Below, piece by piece: positions 17,764 through 28,382 of a stretch of 64,000 nt of DNA (position 1 is its first letter; each line of letters starts with the position of its first letter). The notes under the pieces are model-generated. The model did no database searches. It was not told the DNA's origin and saw only the letters and a list, made by a program, of their open reading frames with translations. This DNA is from a virus (lineage: Duplodnaviria > Caudoviricetes). The stretch covers positions 1 to 64,000 of the IMG/VR virus record IMGVR_UViG_3300029305_001653; one strand, 5' to 3'. Made by a program: the position numbers and the translations under genes.

Positions 17764-19812
17764 ATGAAAACTTTAATAGATTATAAAAAGGTAATTAGGG
17801 ACACTGTGAAAGAGATCAATGAGAAGGATTCTAATCATGATTGGAAGTTAGTAGGAGTCACTGAGTCAAGAGCATCTATTAAGTGGTCTTATCTCAATGG
17901 AGAGAAGAATAATTGTTTCTTCCTCTCCCTCAGTTATCATGATACAGAGTTTGAGGATTACTTCCTCACTTGTAGAACTCCTAACGATAATCTTATAGAA
18001 GGTCACTTTGTATGTGAGAATCCTGAGCATTCTTGGGATGAGTCCTTCGAGGGTGGTATTAAGAGAGCGATCTATGAGATCTTAGAGTTTGCTAACAATG
18101 TATATTAATAGGAGGTAATCATATCATGATTTATAATTTAAATGACAAAGAGCAGTTCATCAGGTTAGCAAGAGAGATTCAATCTTTAGTTTACTGGCAT
18201 ACTAGAATGCATATAGGAGATGAAGATGAATCAATATCTCCTACAATCCTCTGGGATATTATAGAGACAGAGGTAACTGAAAAGGGTGCTAAGTCTATTG
18301 AGCTTATAGACAATAGAATAACATTTAAGTATTAATAAGGAGAAAGATATGAAGAGTAATGAATTCTATGGTATCTGTGAGTCATGTGGATCTTTATTAG
18401 AACCTGTCTGGTTCACGGAAGATGAGATTAAAGTGACTTCTGATGGATATCAATATCGTACAGGTAGGAAACGAAGAGCTTGCTCTCATCTAGTATGTAC
18501 AGGATGTTTGAAGAATCACTGTGTTGATGATACATTTGATGGACCTTGGAGAGATAAATAATCTTATAAAGGAGATTGAACTCGTGAAGAAGAAATTAGA
18601 TATGACACCTATTTGTGATAAGTGTGGGAAGGTAGCTCCTATTAATGAAGAGAAATCTAATGAGAGTTGGATTATATATGATGTAAAAGATCTTTGTGAG
18701 TGTGGAGGATAAAGTAATGGCAATTTATCGAAATAGATCTTGTACTACTTGTGGAGGTAGTGGGTATGTCTCTAAATGTGAGGTATGGGAGTATGAGAAC
18801 GGACTAGGAGGAGGTCAATTATGGAGCGAACCATGCCAGACTTGTCATGGTACAGGTATAGTCTCTGTAGCTCTCACTAACTCTGAGAGATTATTAGAGC
18901 TCCGTACTCCTGAAGATCAGCTCAGATTCTTCAGAGGGTTCAAGACTTGGGCTAAGTATGTAGATAATCCTCTGAGATTACTGAATCCAGAAGAGAGTGA
19001 TGAAGATATGTTAATCTGGTTACGTAAAATATCTGATGAGTCAGATGACTGTATATTTGAAAATAGATGAGGTATGTAAATGGTCAGAATGAAACGTTAT
19101 CTCATAGAGTTCACTGCAAACTTTGATACTATGCATACGATAGTACATATCTCAGTAAATACTACGAGCGTATATTCTGCTAAGGAATTAGCTAAGGTGA
19201 GATTAGTGAAAGAGAGACCTGAGGATTATAGTAAATTCATTTTAACTAGATTAGAAGTGGAGGAGAAATAGTATGAAATTGTTTTGTAAACACTCGAATA
19301 ACGAGGTAATCAGTTGGCACTGGACTCATGGTGCCAATAGTAACGATCCTGCATTTATCGAGGTCGAGTTAGAGTGCAGAGATTGCGGTAAGCATCATTA
19401 CATGTACATACATGGCAGAAATAAGTGTAATGAATTTATTGATGAGCATGGAGAGATATGTGATCCGAATCCTGAATACTGGAGAACAATGGAGTTCCCT
19501 GATCTTAAGTATATCAAAGAAGTTACTCCTGTAGTAGATAAAATTATAAAAGAGTTAATAAATAATTATAACAAGGGAGAAAGACATGCATACTTAAATT
19601 CTTCGGATATGACTGACTTAATGACTGGTGTAAGATTTAATCAAGCTTACATAGAAGCTTTATATGCTATGGTGCATCGAAAATTATTAAATAAAGGTTT
19701 CATGCTTGTAGTAGTTCCAGATTATAACCCTCTATCATTAATTCCAGGAGATAAGATAGATACTCATCAGTACAAAGCAGTCCCTGTAGAACCTAGATTT
19801 TATAGAGTATAA
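17764..19812 (+). other. Cluster of small hypothetical genes (17764-18108, 18126-18335, 18349-18561, ~18521-18712, ~18717-19070, 19080-19271, 19273-19812), several Cys-rich or zinc-ribbon-like
   Basis: Tightly packed + strand ORFs with RBSs; CxxC pairs; DnaJ-like CxxCxGxG repeats in the 18717-19070 ORF. Confidence 0.65.
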
Positions 19813-19821
19813 GATAGATAT

Positions 19822-19880
19822 AAATCCCTTCTAATTAAAGAAGGGATTTTCTTTAATATCACGAATTATAATAATGTAAG
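19822..19880 (+). promoter_or_regulatory. Terminator fused to class-1 promoter (copy 5, ACGAAT variant)
   Basis: AAATCCCTTCT/AGAAGGGATTT hairpin plus T run, then N12 and ACGAATTATAATAATGTAAG. Confidence 0.8.
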
Positions 19881-19917
19881 TGAAAATCTCATCATGATTA
19901 ACTTAAAGGAGAAAGAT

Positions 19918-21207
19918 ATGAAATTAGATGTAACTCAAAATGAAATAGTAACTAGCTCTGCTAAGAATATTATAGTATCCGCAGGAGCAGGTTCAGGTAA
20001 GACAAGAGTACTCACAGAGAGAGTCAAGTATCTGTTAGAATCGGGAGTATCTCCTGATAGTATTGTATGTATTACATTCACTAATAAAGCTGCAGATGAG
20101 ATGAAGCAGAGACTCTCTGACGTACAAGGTATAGGTGATGCCTTCATAGGTACTATCCATTCCTTTGCTAATAGAATCTTTAAGAACTCAGGTACTAGTT
20201 ATGAGCTGTTGACTAATGACAAGGAAATAGATATTATCAAAGGTCTCATCAAGTCCTATGGTAAGTTCCTTACTACAGATGAATACATGACATACGTAGA
20301 TATGAAGAAGGATATTGAATTAGGTATCCTCGATAAGAGAGTATTAAATGATACATTCAAACCTAGTAGCTTACATGAGATAGATGTATTCTATGGAAAG
20401 GTATTATCCTCTGAGAAAGAAGAGTATCCTGAGAATATTTATACTATCTGTAATAGACGCAATATCCTTACATTCAGTCAGCTTCTTGATGAGTGCTCTA
20501 AGTACTTCGAGAATATCGGAGGTAATCTTGAGTATCTCCTCGTAGATGAGCTCCAGGATATAGGACAGAATGAATACGGATTCATAATGTCTCTAAATGC
20601 AGATAATAATTTCTTCGTAGGAGATGATTGGCAGAGTATCTATGCATTCAAAGGTGGTGAGGTAAGATACTTTTTATCTCTCATGGAAGCTCCTGATTGG
20701 GTAACTTATCACCTCACTAGGAACTATCGTAATGCTAAGAATATATTAGCAATAGCTAAGACTGTAATCTATCAAGCAGATAATATCATCAATAAAGAAG
20801 TAGAAGCTGTTAGAGAAGATGAAGGTATTGTATGTATAGATACTAAAGCTAATTTGAGAAATTGGTTAGAGCTCCTCAAGAGTGAAGGTAATTATAAAGA
20901 CTGGTTCATCCTCGTACGTTCTAATAAAGATGTACATGAAATATCCACACATCTCCTCTCTATGAATATCCCCTTCGTATCCTTCAAACAAGGTGGTAGC
21001 TCTCACAACGATATCCAGTATCAAATGAATTTAGATGCAGCTAAGGTACTGACAGTACATTCTGCTAAAGGATTAGAGAATAAGAATGTAATCCTCTATG
21101 GTAACTTCCCTATAAGACAGAAGAACTATTTACGTAATTCTGATGAACGTAAAGTAATGTATGTTGGATGTACTAGAGCAGAAGATAGATTAATTATATT
21201 AAATTGA
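19918..21207 (+). CDS. UvrD/Rep-family (SF1) helicase
   Basis: AGAGSGKT, TFTNKAA, GTIHS, VDELQD, VGDDWQSIY, NYR, TVHSAKGLE, YVGCTRA. Confidence 0.95.
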   Translation: MKLDVTQNEIVTSSAKNIIVSAGAGSGKTRVLTERVKYLLESGVSPDSIVCITFTNKAADEMKQRLSDVQGIGDAFIGTIHSFANRIFKNSGTSYELLTNDKEIDIIKGLIKSYGKFLTTDEYMTYVDMKKDIELGILDKRVLNDTFKPSSLHEIDVFYGKVLSSEKEEYPENIYTICNRRNILTFSQLLDECSKYFENIGGNLEYLLVDELQDIGQNEYGFIMSLNADNNFFVGDDWQSIYAFKGGEVRYFLSLMEAPDWVTYHLTRNYRNAKNILAIAKTVIYQADNIINKEVEAVREDEGIVCIDTKANLRNWLELLKSEGNYKDWFILVRSNKDVHEISTHLLSMNIPFVSFKQGGSSHNDIQYQMNLDAAKVLTVHSAKGLENKNVILYGNFPIRQKNYLRNSDERKVMYVGCTRAEDRLIILN

Positions 21208-21216
21208 GGTGATATC

Positions 21217-21321
21217 ATGAAATGGAAGTTTGATTTTATTAGTTTCTGTATAGGAGTATTAACTGGAGCGATAGGAGCATTCGGTGCAATAGTTGCAATA
21301 AATTTCATAATGAGAGGTTAA
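21217..21321 (+). CDS. Small membrane peptide (34 aa), not in the ORF track
   Basis: GAGGTG RBS; MKWKFDFISFCIGVLTGAIGAFGAIVAINFIMRG is a hydrophobic helix. Confidence 0.55.
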   Translation: MKWKFDFISFCIGVLTGAIGAFGAIVAINFIMRG

Positions 21322-21324
21322 AGT

Positions 21325-21537
21325 ATGAATAGAGAAAAGAACATAAAGTATATAAAATCCTTCTTAGTAGGTAATAAAGAATCCAGTCTAGATCGTCTGC
21401 ATCATGCTATCTACTCTTCAAGTACAGAGCATGCTTCTGATGACTCTATTATATTAAAAGCACTTGATATCTACGTAGAAAGTATAAGAGCTGTAGAATT
21501 CTTCGAAGAATTAGTAGATGTAACTTCGTATGAATAA
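21325..21537 (+). CDS. Hypothetical protein
   Basis: ORF with RBS. Confidence 0.6.
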   Translation: MNREKNIKYIKSFLVGNKESSLDRLHHAIYSSSTEHASDDSIILKALDIYVESIRAVEFFEELVDVTSYE

Positions 21538-21550
21538 ATCAATTAAAAGA

Positions 21551-21589
21551 AGGGAATCTAGAAATCTTCACGTATTATAATAATGTAAG
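21551..21589 (+). promoter_or_regulatory. Class-1 promoter, copy 6
   Basis: AGGGAAT-N12-ACGTATTATAATAATGTAAG. Confidence 0.85.
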
Positions 21590-21635
21590 GGTGAAGAATT
21601 CACCTAACTAAATATAACTTAAAGGAGAATGAATT

Positions 21636-22626
21636 ATGTCGATAGGATATGCAATTGTTTATGGCAGTATCGAGGAGTATGTAGTAGAGTCTGTTAAGTA
21701 CGAGCACGGATCTTACGATCCTGATATTGATTATGTAGTTTGGGAAGATTCTAGAGGATGTACGCATGTGACAGAGACTGAGGAATTCATTACAGGTACT
21801 CGTAAAGAGCTGATGGATATTATCTCTCGAGAATATAGAGAAATGAAAGTTAGAGTTGATGAGGCTATAGCTAAGTTCAATTATCCTAAGAAGGATATGA
21901 GGAACGAGATAATCAGATTCCTCATAGAGGATGGATGTTCTCTCGAGGAACTTAATGAAGAACTTATAGAAGATGTATACAGAGGTACCTGCCGAGCATG
22001 CCATTGTAATGCCAACTTCCAGGACGCTTACATGGATTACATGCATTAATAGGAGGAGCTAGCATGAGAGAATATCATCTTTATAAAGAAGAAGTCCCTA
22101 GCAATAGAATTGCTGATTGTAGAGAACTCCAGAAGTATATTAGAGGAGCTTTAGATATCAAGATATCTACATTAGATACATATCATCTATGGCAGAATAT
22201 CTCAGATGATTGGTGTGCGTCATGGCTCTATATTGATACTCACTATGACGACATGACTAGAGAAGAGTTCCTCTTGTATGAGATGGAGAAAAGAGGATAT
22301 TTTGAAGAAATTGATTAAGAGGTAATGATATGTACAGTAGATGTGATAAGTGTGTCACTGATAAAGCTCAGTGTGTAAGATGTCCTGAGAATCCTAAATA
22401 TGCAAACATTTCTAGGTTCTCTTTGTTTCAAGCATATATCCCTACCTGTCCTCGTGGGTATACTGATTGTGTCAATGACCCTGCGTACATAAAGTATTAC
22501 CATTCAGGATGGTATAAAGAGATTTATGGTGATAAGACTCCTGAAGAAGCGGCAGAAAGATGTCGTAAGTTAGTAGAAGAAGACCCTGATATGGATTATT
22601 ATTGTTATGATGATGAAGATAAATAA
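21636..22626 (+). other. Three hypothetical genes (21636-22049, 22064-22318, 22330-22626)
   Basis: ORFs with RBSs downstream of promoter copy 6. Confidence 0.7.
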
Positions 22627-22629
22627 AGA

Positions 22630-22668
22630 AGGGAATCTAGAAACTATAACGAATTATAATAATGTAAG
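22630..22668 (+). promoter_or_regulatory. Class-1 promoter, copy 7 (ACGAAT variant)
   Basis: AGGGAAT-N12-ACGAATTATAATAATGTAAG. Confidence 0.8.
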
Positions 22669-22715
22669 GAAAAGTTCTTACATAATAAAAATATAACTTG
22701 GAGGAGAAGATAACT

Positions 22716-23042
22716 ACGAATAAATTTACTTACAAAGGTCCTTATGGAGAGTATACTAATTGCAGTTTCATGACAGGACATTATCAGAATGGCAATATTG
22801 GAATTGAGATTTGGAGTGATACAGAAGGTCCTATCACTAAAGTGACTGTCAATCCTGATATCATAGTCTCCAGCGATTGTATAGCTATCAAGAATTACTC
22901 TGAGAATGAAGGTATGGTGGATTGGTTAATATCTATGAAGGTGATAGAAGAAACTCCTGTAAAGATTATAGGTTCTGGATTCGTCCAGATTCCTATTCAT
23001 AGATTAACTAAGAGAGGGAATGAGTTGTTAGGTATCGAATAA
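22716..23042 (+). CDS. DUF4313-like hypothetical protein; probable ACG start
   Basis: Y.NG.IGI, GP..KVTVN, IKNYSEN, SGFV motifs; leader GGAGAAGATAACT matches that of gene 25073 but is followed by ACG. Confidence 0.6.
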   Translation, partial: TNKFTYKGPYGEYTNCSFMTGHYQNGNIGIEIWSDTEGPITKVTVNPDIIVSSDCIAIKNYSENEGMVDWLISMKVIEETPVKIIGSGFVQIPIHRLTKRGNELLGIE

Positions 23043-23156
23043 TCTAGTATCATAGTATGGTAGTATAAAGTAAATCTATAATCTCTCACTTGATGATTAG
23101 TTGATTAAAGTCACTATCAAGTGAAAGATTATATTATTGTCAAGGAGGAATATACT

Positions 23157-23954
23157 ATGAGACCTGAATATGTAGATTATAATAATCAGGAAATATCTTA
23201 TGAACGTAAATGCGATCCTAGAGAACTCAATGTAGTAGAGAGGATTAAGAGAGAAGCTGAACTAAAAGCTAGTCTACCTACAGTTAATGATGATCATGTA
23301 GATGTAAATACTCTCAAGATGTATATAAGCACTCTTGAAGAAGAGATATCTACACTAAAGGGTATCACTCTTGTAAATGAATTTAAAGAATCTATAATTG
23401 CAGGAGGAAATATCTTATTAAAGGATAATATGGACATAGGAACAGCTATAGTAATTGATAAAGATGTTACTATAGATCTAAATGGTAAGAAACTTACACT
23501 TCCTGAAGATACTGATGGTTCTGGAGTATTCCATGTAACTAGTGGTACATTGACTATTGAAGGTCCAGGATGTATCGATGGTGTAGGTAAGAACGATTAC
23601 AATATAGCTATCTGGGCAGATGGAGGTAATGTTGTAATCAATGGAGGTATTTTCACTAATGTAGGTGCTACTGCTACGAATGATCCCTCTCACTTCGATC
23701 TTATCTACTCGAAGAATGGATCTACTGTAGAGATTAACGGAGGATTCTTCAGATGTGCTACTCCTAAGTGGACATTGAATAAGCATGACTCTACTCCTAG
23801 TGAGATTATTGTTAGAGGAGGTACTTTCGTAGAGTATGATCCTTCTAACTCTGAGACAGAGAATCCTGTAGCTAACTTCGTAGTAGAAGGTTGTGAGGTA
23901 ATATCTGAAGTTCGAGAGAACGGAGAGATTTGGTATACTGTATTATCTGAATAA
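23157..23954 (+). CDS. Beta-helix (pectin-lyase-like) repeat protein
   Basis: TIDLNGKKLT, GTLTI, INGGIF, INGGFF, VRGGTF repeats. Confidence 0.6.
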   Translation: MRPEYVDYNNQEISYERKCDPRELNVVERIKREAELKASLPTVNDDHVDVNTLKMYISTLEEEISTLKGITLVNEFKESIIAGGNILLKDNMDIGTAIVIDKDVTIDLNGKKLTLPEDTDGSGVFHVTSGTLTIEGPGCIDGVGKNDYNIAIWADGGNVVINGGIFTNVGATATNDPSHFDLIYSKNGSTVEINGGFFRCATPKWTLNKHDSTPSEIIVRGGTFVEYDPSNSETENPVANFVVEGCEVISEVRENGEIWYTVLSE

Positions 23955-23967
23955 AGGAGTTACAATT

Positions 23968-24321
23968 ATGAGAAACACAATTGATAAGTTACATGAACAA
24001 AGACAAATCAAATTAGCTAAAGAAATCTTAGAATCTAGAGGTTATAAGGTAACTAAGAAGGTCAAAGAGGCTACTGAGTCTTACTCTACTCCTGGAGAGA
24101 ATGATATGGTAGTATACTCTGATAGCTCTATGAGTAATGAAGCTCAGATGTTCTATTCCAGTGACGAGGCAGAAATCTTAGAATTTATCAAATCTAATCG
24201 TAGAGCTAAATTTGTATATGATCCTATGATGGATACTAATCTCTCCTTGTTCGACTTCTTAATAGATGTCATCTCGATGAGTGCTAAGGAAGCTGAAGAG
24301 TTCATGAAATTGAGAAAGTAG
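23968..24321 (+). CDS. Putative internal head protein (shared leader)
   Basis: N-terminus MRNTIDKL.E.RQI.LAK.ILES shared with the next gene. Confidence 0.6.
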   Translation: MRNTIDKLHEQRQIKLAKEILESRGYKVTKKVKEATESYSTPGENDMVVYSDSSMSNEAQMFYSSDEAEILEFIKSNRRAKFVYDPMMDTNLSLFDFLIDVISMSAKEAEEFMKLRK

Positions 24322-24361
24322 ATATTAGAGAAAGTAACATATATAATAAGGAGTTACAATC

Positions 24362-24970
24362 ATGAGAAACACAATTGACAAATTACAAGAGAAAAGACAA
24401 ATTGAATTAGCTAAGAGTATCTTAGAATCTAAAGGCTATACTATAAGTAAGGAGAACTCCTTACAAGAAGCCTCTTCATGGACGGATGAGAGTAATCCTT
24501 ATGATAGAGACTCTATCTATTATACTAAGAATAGCGGAGTATTCAATGCTGTAATTAGAAACGTAGGATATGATAAAATACAAGGTATTGTTCAGTCTGA
24601 TAAAGAAGTATTGATGAGGACTGAAGAAATGCCTGCAAGTCAATTATCTCAATGCATGACTAAGATAGATAATTGGATAGACTCTTATGAAGGTATTGAG
24701 GAGAATATGCAGGAATCTACCGAGGTAAGTGAAGACGTAGAGACTAGGAGAGCTGATAATACTAACTGGGATGAAGAGATGAAATCTAAGGTATTTCCTA
24801 TAGGTAAGGATCAGTTAAGAAGTTTTTCCTCTTATCTTAGATCTAGAGGATATTCTAAAGATCAGAATAAGAGACCTGCTGGAGAGAAGATGTACATTAA
24901 TAATAAGACTGGAGAGAAGGTCTTCATCTCTAAGACATGGTATGGTAACTATCACGTAGAAATAGAATAA
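24362..24970 (+). CDS. Putative internal head protein (shared leader)
   Basis: Paralogous N-terminal ~30 aa with an unrelated C-terminus. Confidence 0.6.
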   Translation: MRNTIDKLQEKRQIELAKSILESKGYTISKENSLQEASSWTDESNPYDRDSIYYTKNSGVFNAVIRNVGYDKIQGIVQSDKEVLMRTEEMPASQLSQCMTKIDNWIDSYEGIEENMQESTEVSEDVETRRADNTNWDEEMKSKVFPIGKDQLRSFSSYLRSRGYSKDQNKRPAGEKMYINNKTGEKVFISKTWYGNYHVEIE

Positions 24971-24996
24971 TTCCAGAAAATTTTATGATTGAGAGA

Positions 24997-25035
24997 AGGG
25001 ATTCTCACTTACGTTACGTATTATAATAATGTAAG
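24997..25035 (+). promoter_or_regulatory. Class-1 promoter, copy 8
   Basis: AGGGATT-N12-ACGTATTATAATAATGTAAG. Confidence 0.85.
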
Positions 25036-25072
25036 GGAGGATCCCTTATCTTATATAAAGGAGAAGATAACT

Positions 25073-25261
25073 ATGAAGAATACAGTGCATGCTATTATCA
25101 ATCAAACTATAAGAGAGTCTATCGACCAATACTACTCTAAGAGAGATGCTGACAGCTTCTTCAGACTTGTAGATTTGCTCGAAGACTGCAAGTCTAACAA
25201 CCTTACCAAGGAAGATATCCCTACTCTTATTGAGCTTCAGAACGTCATAGTGATGGGTTAA
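25073..25261 (+). CDS. Hypothetical protein (start reassigned downstream of the promoter)
   Basis: AAAGGAG RBS before ATG 25073. Confidence 0.6.
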   Translation: MKNTVHAIINQTIRESIDQYYSKRDADSFFRLVDLLEDCKSNNLTKEDIPTLIELQNVIVMG

Positions 25262-25277
25262 TAGGAGGTAGTAGATC

Positions 25278-25994
25278 ATGAATACTGATAATATCAAGAA
25301 CAAAATCAAGAAACTCTTAGCTCTTAGTGAAGATAATCCCTCTGATGCAGAATCCTATGCAGCTTTACAGAAAGCTCAAGAGCTCATGGCACTATATAAG
25401 ATAGAGCAAAGAGATATCAACGGAGAAGACAAGCAAGAATGTATACATAAGAAGACCTCTATCAAGTACGGTTCTCGCTCCTCTGATTTCTATCTCATTG
25501 AATTAGCTGACATAATATCAGAGAACTTCTGTTGTGTCACTTACAACTCTCGTATTAGAGGTACTCAGTCTAACTACATCTGCTTCATGGGATTAGAAGA
25601 TGATGTAGCTATAGCAGAAGAAGTATTAATAGCAGCTAATATTGCTATTATAAGAGGATACAATAGAGTATACAAAGTTGCATGTAAGGAGTATGATATA
25701 GATTATCTCCCTGCCAAGTATTTCAATCCTCTTAAGTTAGGTTACATAGAAGGTTATCTTGCAGGATTGAAGATAGCATTAGATAGTCAGAAAGAGTCTA
25801 ATCAAGAGTGGGGATTAGTCCTCGTAGCTCCACAGGAAGCTAAAGATTTCTTATCTGGATTATCTGTGAGAGATTCTTCTCGTAATATCTATATCGACAA
25901 TAGTTATTACGAAGAAGGATATAATGATGGCAAGAACTTCAATTTGAATAAGAAGATAGAGTCTAAAGAGAATAAAAAGATAGAAAATTTTTAG
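25278..25994 (+). CDS. DUF2786-domain protein
   Basis: IKNKIKKLLALS..N....E...AL.KAQELM..Y.I N-terminal signature; C-terminal GY.DG. Confidence 0.8.
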   Translation: MNTDNIKNKIKKLLALSEDNPSDAESYAALQKAQELMALYKIEQRDINGEDKQECIHKKTSIKYGSRSSDFYLIELADIISENFCCVTYNSRIRGTQSNYICFMGLEDDVAIAEEVLIAANIAIIRGYNRVYKVACKEYDIDYLPAKYFNPLKLGYIEGYLAGLKIALDSQKESNQEWGLVLVAPQEAKDFLSGLSVRDSSRNIYIDNSYYEEGYNDGKNFNLNKKIESKENKKIENF

Positions 25995-26003
25995 TACTCG
26001 AGC

Positions 26004-26042
26004 AGGGAATCTAGAAATCTTCACGTATTATAATAATGTAAG
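26004..26042 (+). promoter_or_regulatory. Class-1 promoter, copy 9
   Basis: AGGGAAT-N12-ACGTATTATAATAATGTAAG. Confidence 0.85.
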
Positions 26043-26084
26043 GGTGAAAGAAACACCATAATAACTATCAAAGGAGAAATCATC

Positions 26085-26234
26085 ATGAAAACATTAAGAA
26101 ACAAGTTAATCTCAATAGGGCTCATAATTTTAGGTATCCTCTCTATAATCCCTGAGAAGGATATCACAGCTTTCATATTCTTCTTCATATTCGCAGTACC
26201 CATGTTCTTCGCAAAAGAAGATGTTTTTAAATAA
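26085..26234 (+). CDS. Small two-TM membrane protein (49 aa), not in the ORF track
   Basis: AAAGGAG RBS; MKTLRNKLISIGLIILGILSIIPEKDITAFIFFFIFAVPMFFAKEDVFK. Confidence 0.65.
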   Translation: MKTLRNKLISIGLIILGILSIIPEKDITAFIFFFIFAVPMFFAKEDVFK

Positions 26235-26281
26235 TAGGGACTATTCATAGCCCCTATTCCCGTTATAAAGGAGGAAATGAA

Positions 26282-26569
26282 ATGAGTAAAATTAAGAGTA
26301 TTAAAGACTTGCATGTCATACTATACGAGAGATGGTCTAAGTTAAGAGAGCTCGAAGCAGGTGGTTACTTGAGTGAGAAAGGATTAGCTGCTATGGAAGC
26401 TTACAAGAGTGCTCACTGGAGTACTAGCTTCCACGATAGCTTAGATACTCTTAGAGTAGATGATGAATTTATAGCTCTTATATACAAGGAGAAGATGCAT
26501 TCAGAATATTATAGAATACTTCAAGTAATATTCCGAGCTGTTGGAGTAGATGAGTCTAAGTGGAGGTAG
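26282..26569 (+). CDS. Hypothetical protein
   Basis: ORF with GGAGG RBS. Confidence 0.65.
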   Translation: MSKIKSIKDLHVILYERWSKLRELEAGGYLSEKGLAAMEAYKSAHWSTSFHDSLDTLRVDDEFIALIYKEKMHSEYYRILQVIFRAVGVDESKWR

Positions 26570-26769
26570 TCATAATGTCCGATTCTGTATGCCCTGTTCT
26601 CTCGAGAGTATTTGAAAGAATAACTATAGCGAAGAGAATCTACAAGTTGTGTAAGTATAAATCAACTTGTGATAGAAAGTCTTGTAGATATCTGGAAGGA
26701 TTCTATTATCCTATAGAGATAGAAGAGTCCTCTTGACATAGATATAAGTAAGTATACAAAGGAGTTTTT

Positions 26770-27432
26770 ATGCGTAAGAAAGTAAATAAGAAGAGAGCCT
26801 TTTATATTATTATGATATGGGTTCTCGTCATCGTAGGAATCATCCTACTCTCTGCAGGAGGAAGATGGTTCGTAGCAGCATTAGATAGTAAGGATGTAGA
26901 AGTTGAAACTGTAGAGGTAGTAGAAATTACAGAGTCTCCTGTAGAAGAAGTAGAACCTACTGCTCCTATTGGAGACTCTATCCCTTTATCTTATGAGTTA
27001 CAGCAAGCAGTACTTGATAACTGTGCAGAGTATAATCTAGATCCTTATATAATCTTAGCTATTATCCAGTCAGAGTCTGGATTTAGAGAGACAGCAGACA
27101 ATGGTATCTGCTATGGTCTCATGCAAATACATAAAGGTAATGCAAGTTGGGTAAATACTAATGCAGGTGTAACTGATATCTATGATCCTGCTCAGAATAT
27201 AAGAGCAGGATGTTGGATTCTATATAAAGGATTAGAGATACATGGAGATTTGGAGAAAGCTCTTATCTGGTACAATGCTGGTAGTGTCTATGCAGATAGT
27301 ACACCTTACTCCAGATTAGTAATCAGTAGAGCTTCTGAGTGGAAGAAGGTTGTAATAGAGGAAAGAGTAAGAAGATGTGCTATGGAGTGTATATCTAATG
27401 CTATAGTGATTACTAGGAGTCTATTATCTTAG
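26770..27432 (+). CDS. Membrane-anchored lytic transglycosylase (SLT domain)
   Basis: N-terminal TM; AIIQSESG, GLMQI, NIRAG, ALIWYNAG SLT motifs. Confidence 0.88.
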   Translation: MRKKVNKKRAFYIIMIWVLVIVGIILLSAGGRWFVAALDSKDVEVETVEVVEITESPVEEVEPTAPIGDSIPLSYELQQAVLDNCAEYNLDPYIILAIIQSESGFRETADNGICYGLMQIHKGNASWVNTNAGVTDIYDPAQNIRAGCWILYKGLEIHGDLEKALIWYNAGSVYADSTPYSRLVISRASEWKKVVIEERVRRCAMECISNAIVITRSLLS

Positions 27433-27444
27433 AGGGAGAGTCTC

Positions 27445-27995
27445 ATGAATAGATTAGATATTTTTCAACTTGCTCGTATGATTCTTTATGACCAGTGTCC
27501 TCCAGATAATAGAATGTATATCTGTAATATGGGTGAAGAACCAGAATGTGATTGTACTCTGTGTTGGGATACATATCTCTTCTGGGCAGTAAATGGATAC
27601 AGAGGAGATCCCTATGAGATGGAGAGAAAAAGAGATAAATATTTAGGAGGTAATAATATATGAATTATTGTACAAAACATAATGAGTTATGTGAACTCGC
27701 TAATGCATTTGGATACTGCACTGGCTCTTCTATTGCGTGTATAAAATCAGCAAAGTGGAACAATACCCACTCAGAAAATATACCCAATACTATTACAACA
27801 AATATACCTAATAATCTTACAACAAATATACCTAATAATCTTACAACAGAGCTAAAAAGAGATGACGGCATTTATATTCAGTTGTTTGCTGTAAAGAATG
27901 GAGTAAGATATGACATGAAAGTAGTTAATCTAAAAGATGTGACTACTACATTGACTGGTAGTCTTATGGATGGTATTGAAAAATTATGTAAATAA
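27445..27995 (+). other. Two Cys-rich hypothetical genes (27445-27663, 27660-27995)
   Basis: ORFs with RBS or overlap. Confidence 0.6.
27793..27848 (+). repeat. 24-bp in-frame tandem repeat (2.3 copies; TTNIPNNL)
   Basis: TTACAACAAATATACCTAATAATC repeated. Confidence 0.9.
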
Positions 27996-28101
27996 AATAA
28001 TTTTATGAGGTAAATATGAAATACACTATATTATTAATGTTATTAATGCTATTATTGCTAAAGACATGGTAGTAATGAGTGACTTATTTTGGAGAGTTTA
28101 T

Positions 28102-28357
28102 ATGATAGAAATTTTAGAATATGAATTAAAAGAATTTTGTCCGTTTTGTAAAGGAAAAGGTATGGTTGTGCACGACCATCACTGTCAGGATATGCAGTTT
28201 TGTCCAGATGTAGATGAATATTGGTGTCAATGTTCTAATTGTGGAGTTACTACAGCTCCTGAAAAGATTTTTTGATGCAAGATATAAGCAAAATTTTAAA
28301 GAGCTTTTAGATGAAACAAAATTAAGAGCTATAAAAAGATGGGAAGAAAGAACATAA
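28102..28357 (+). pseudogene. Lar-like (restriction alleviation family) zinc-ribbon gene split by a frameshift in a T6 run
   Basis: CPFC..CSNCG in one frame; the family-like C-terminal AIKRWEER is in the +1 frame after ATTTTTTGAT at 28267. Confidence 0.55.
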
Positions 28358-28382
28358 AATATAGTTTTAAGAGGTGAAAATT

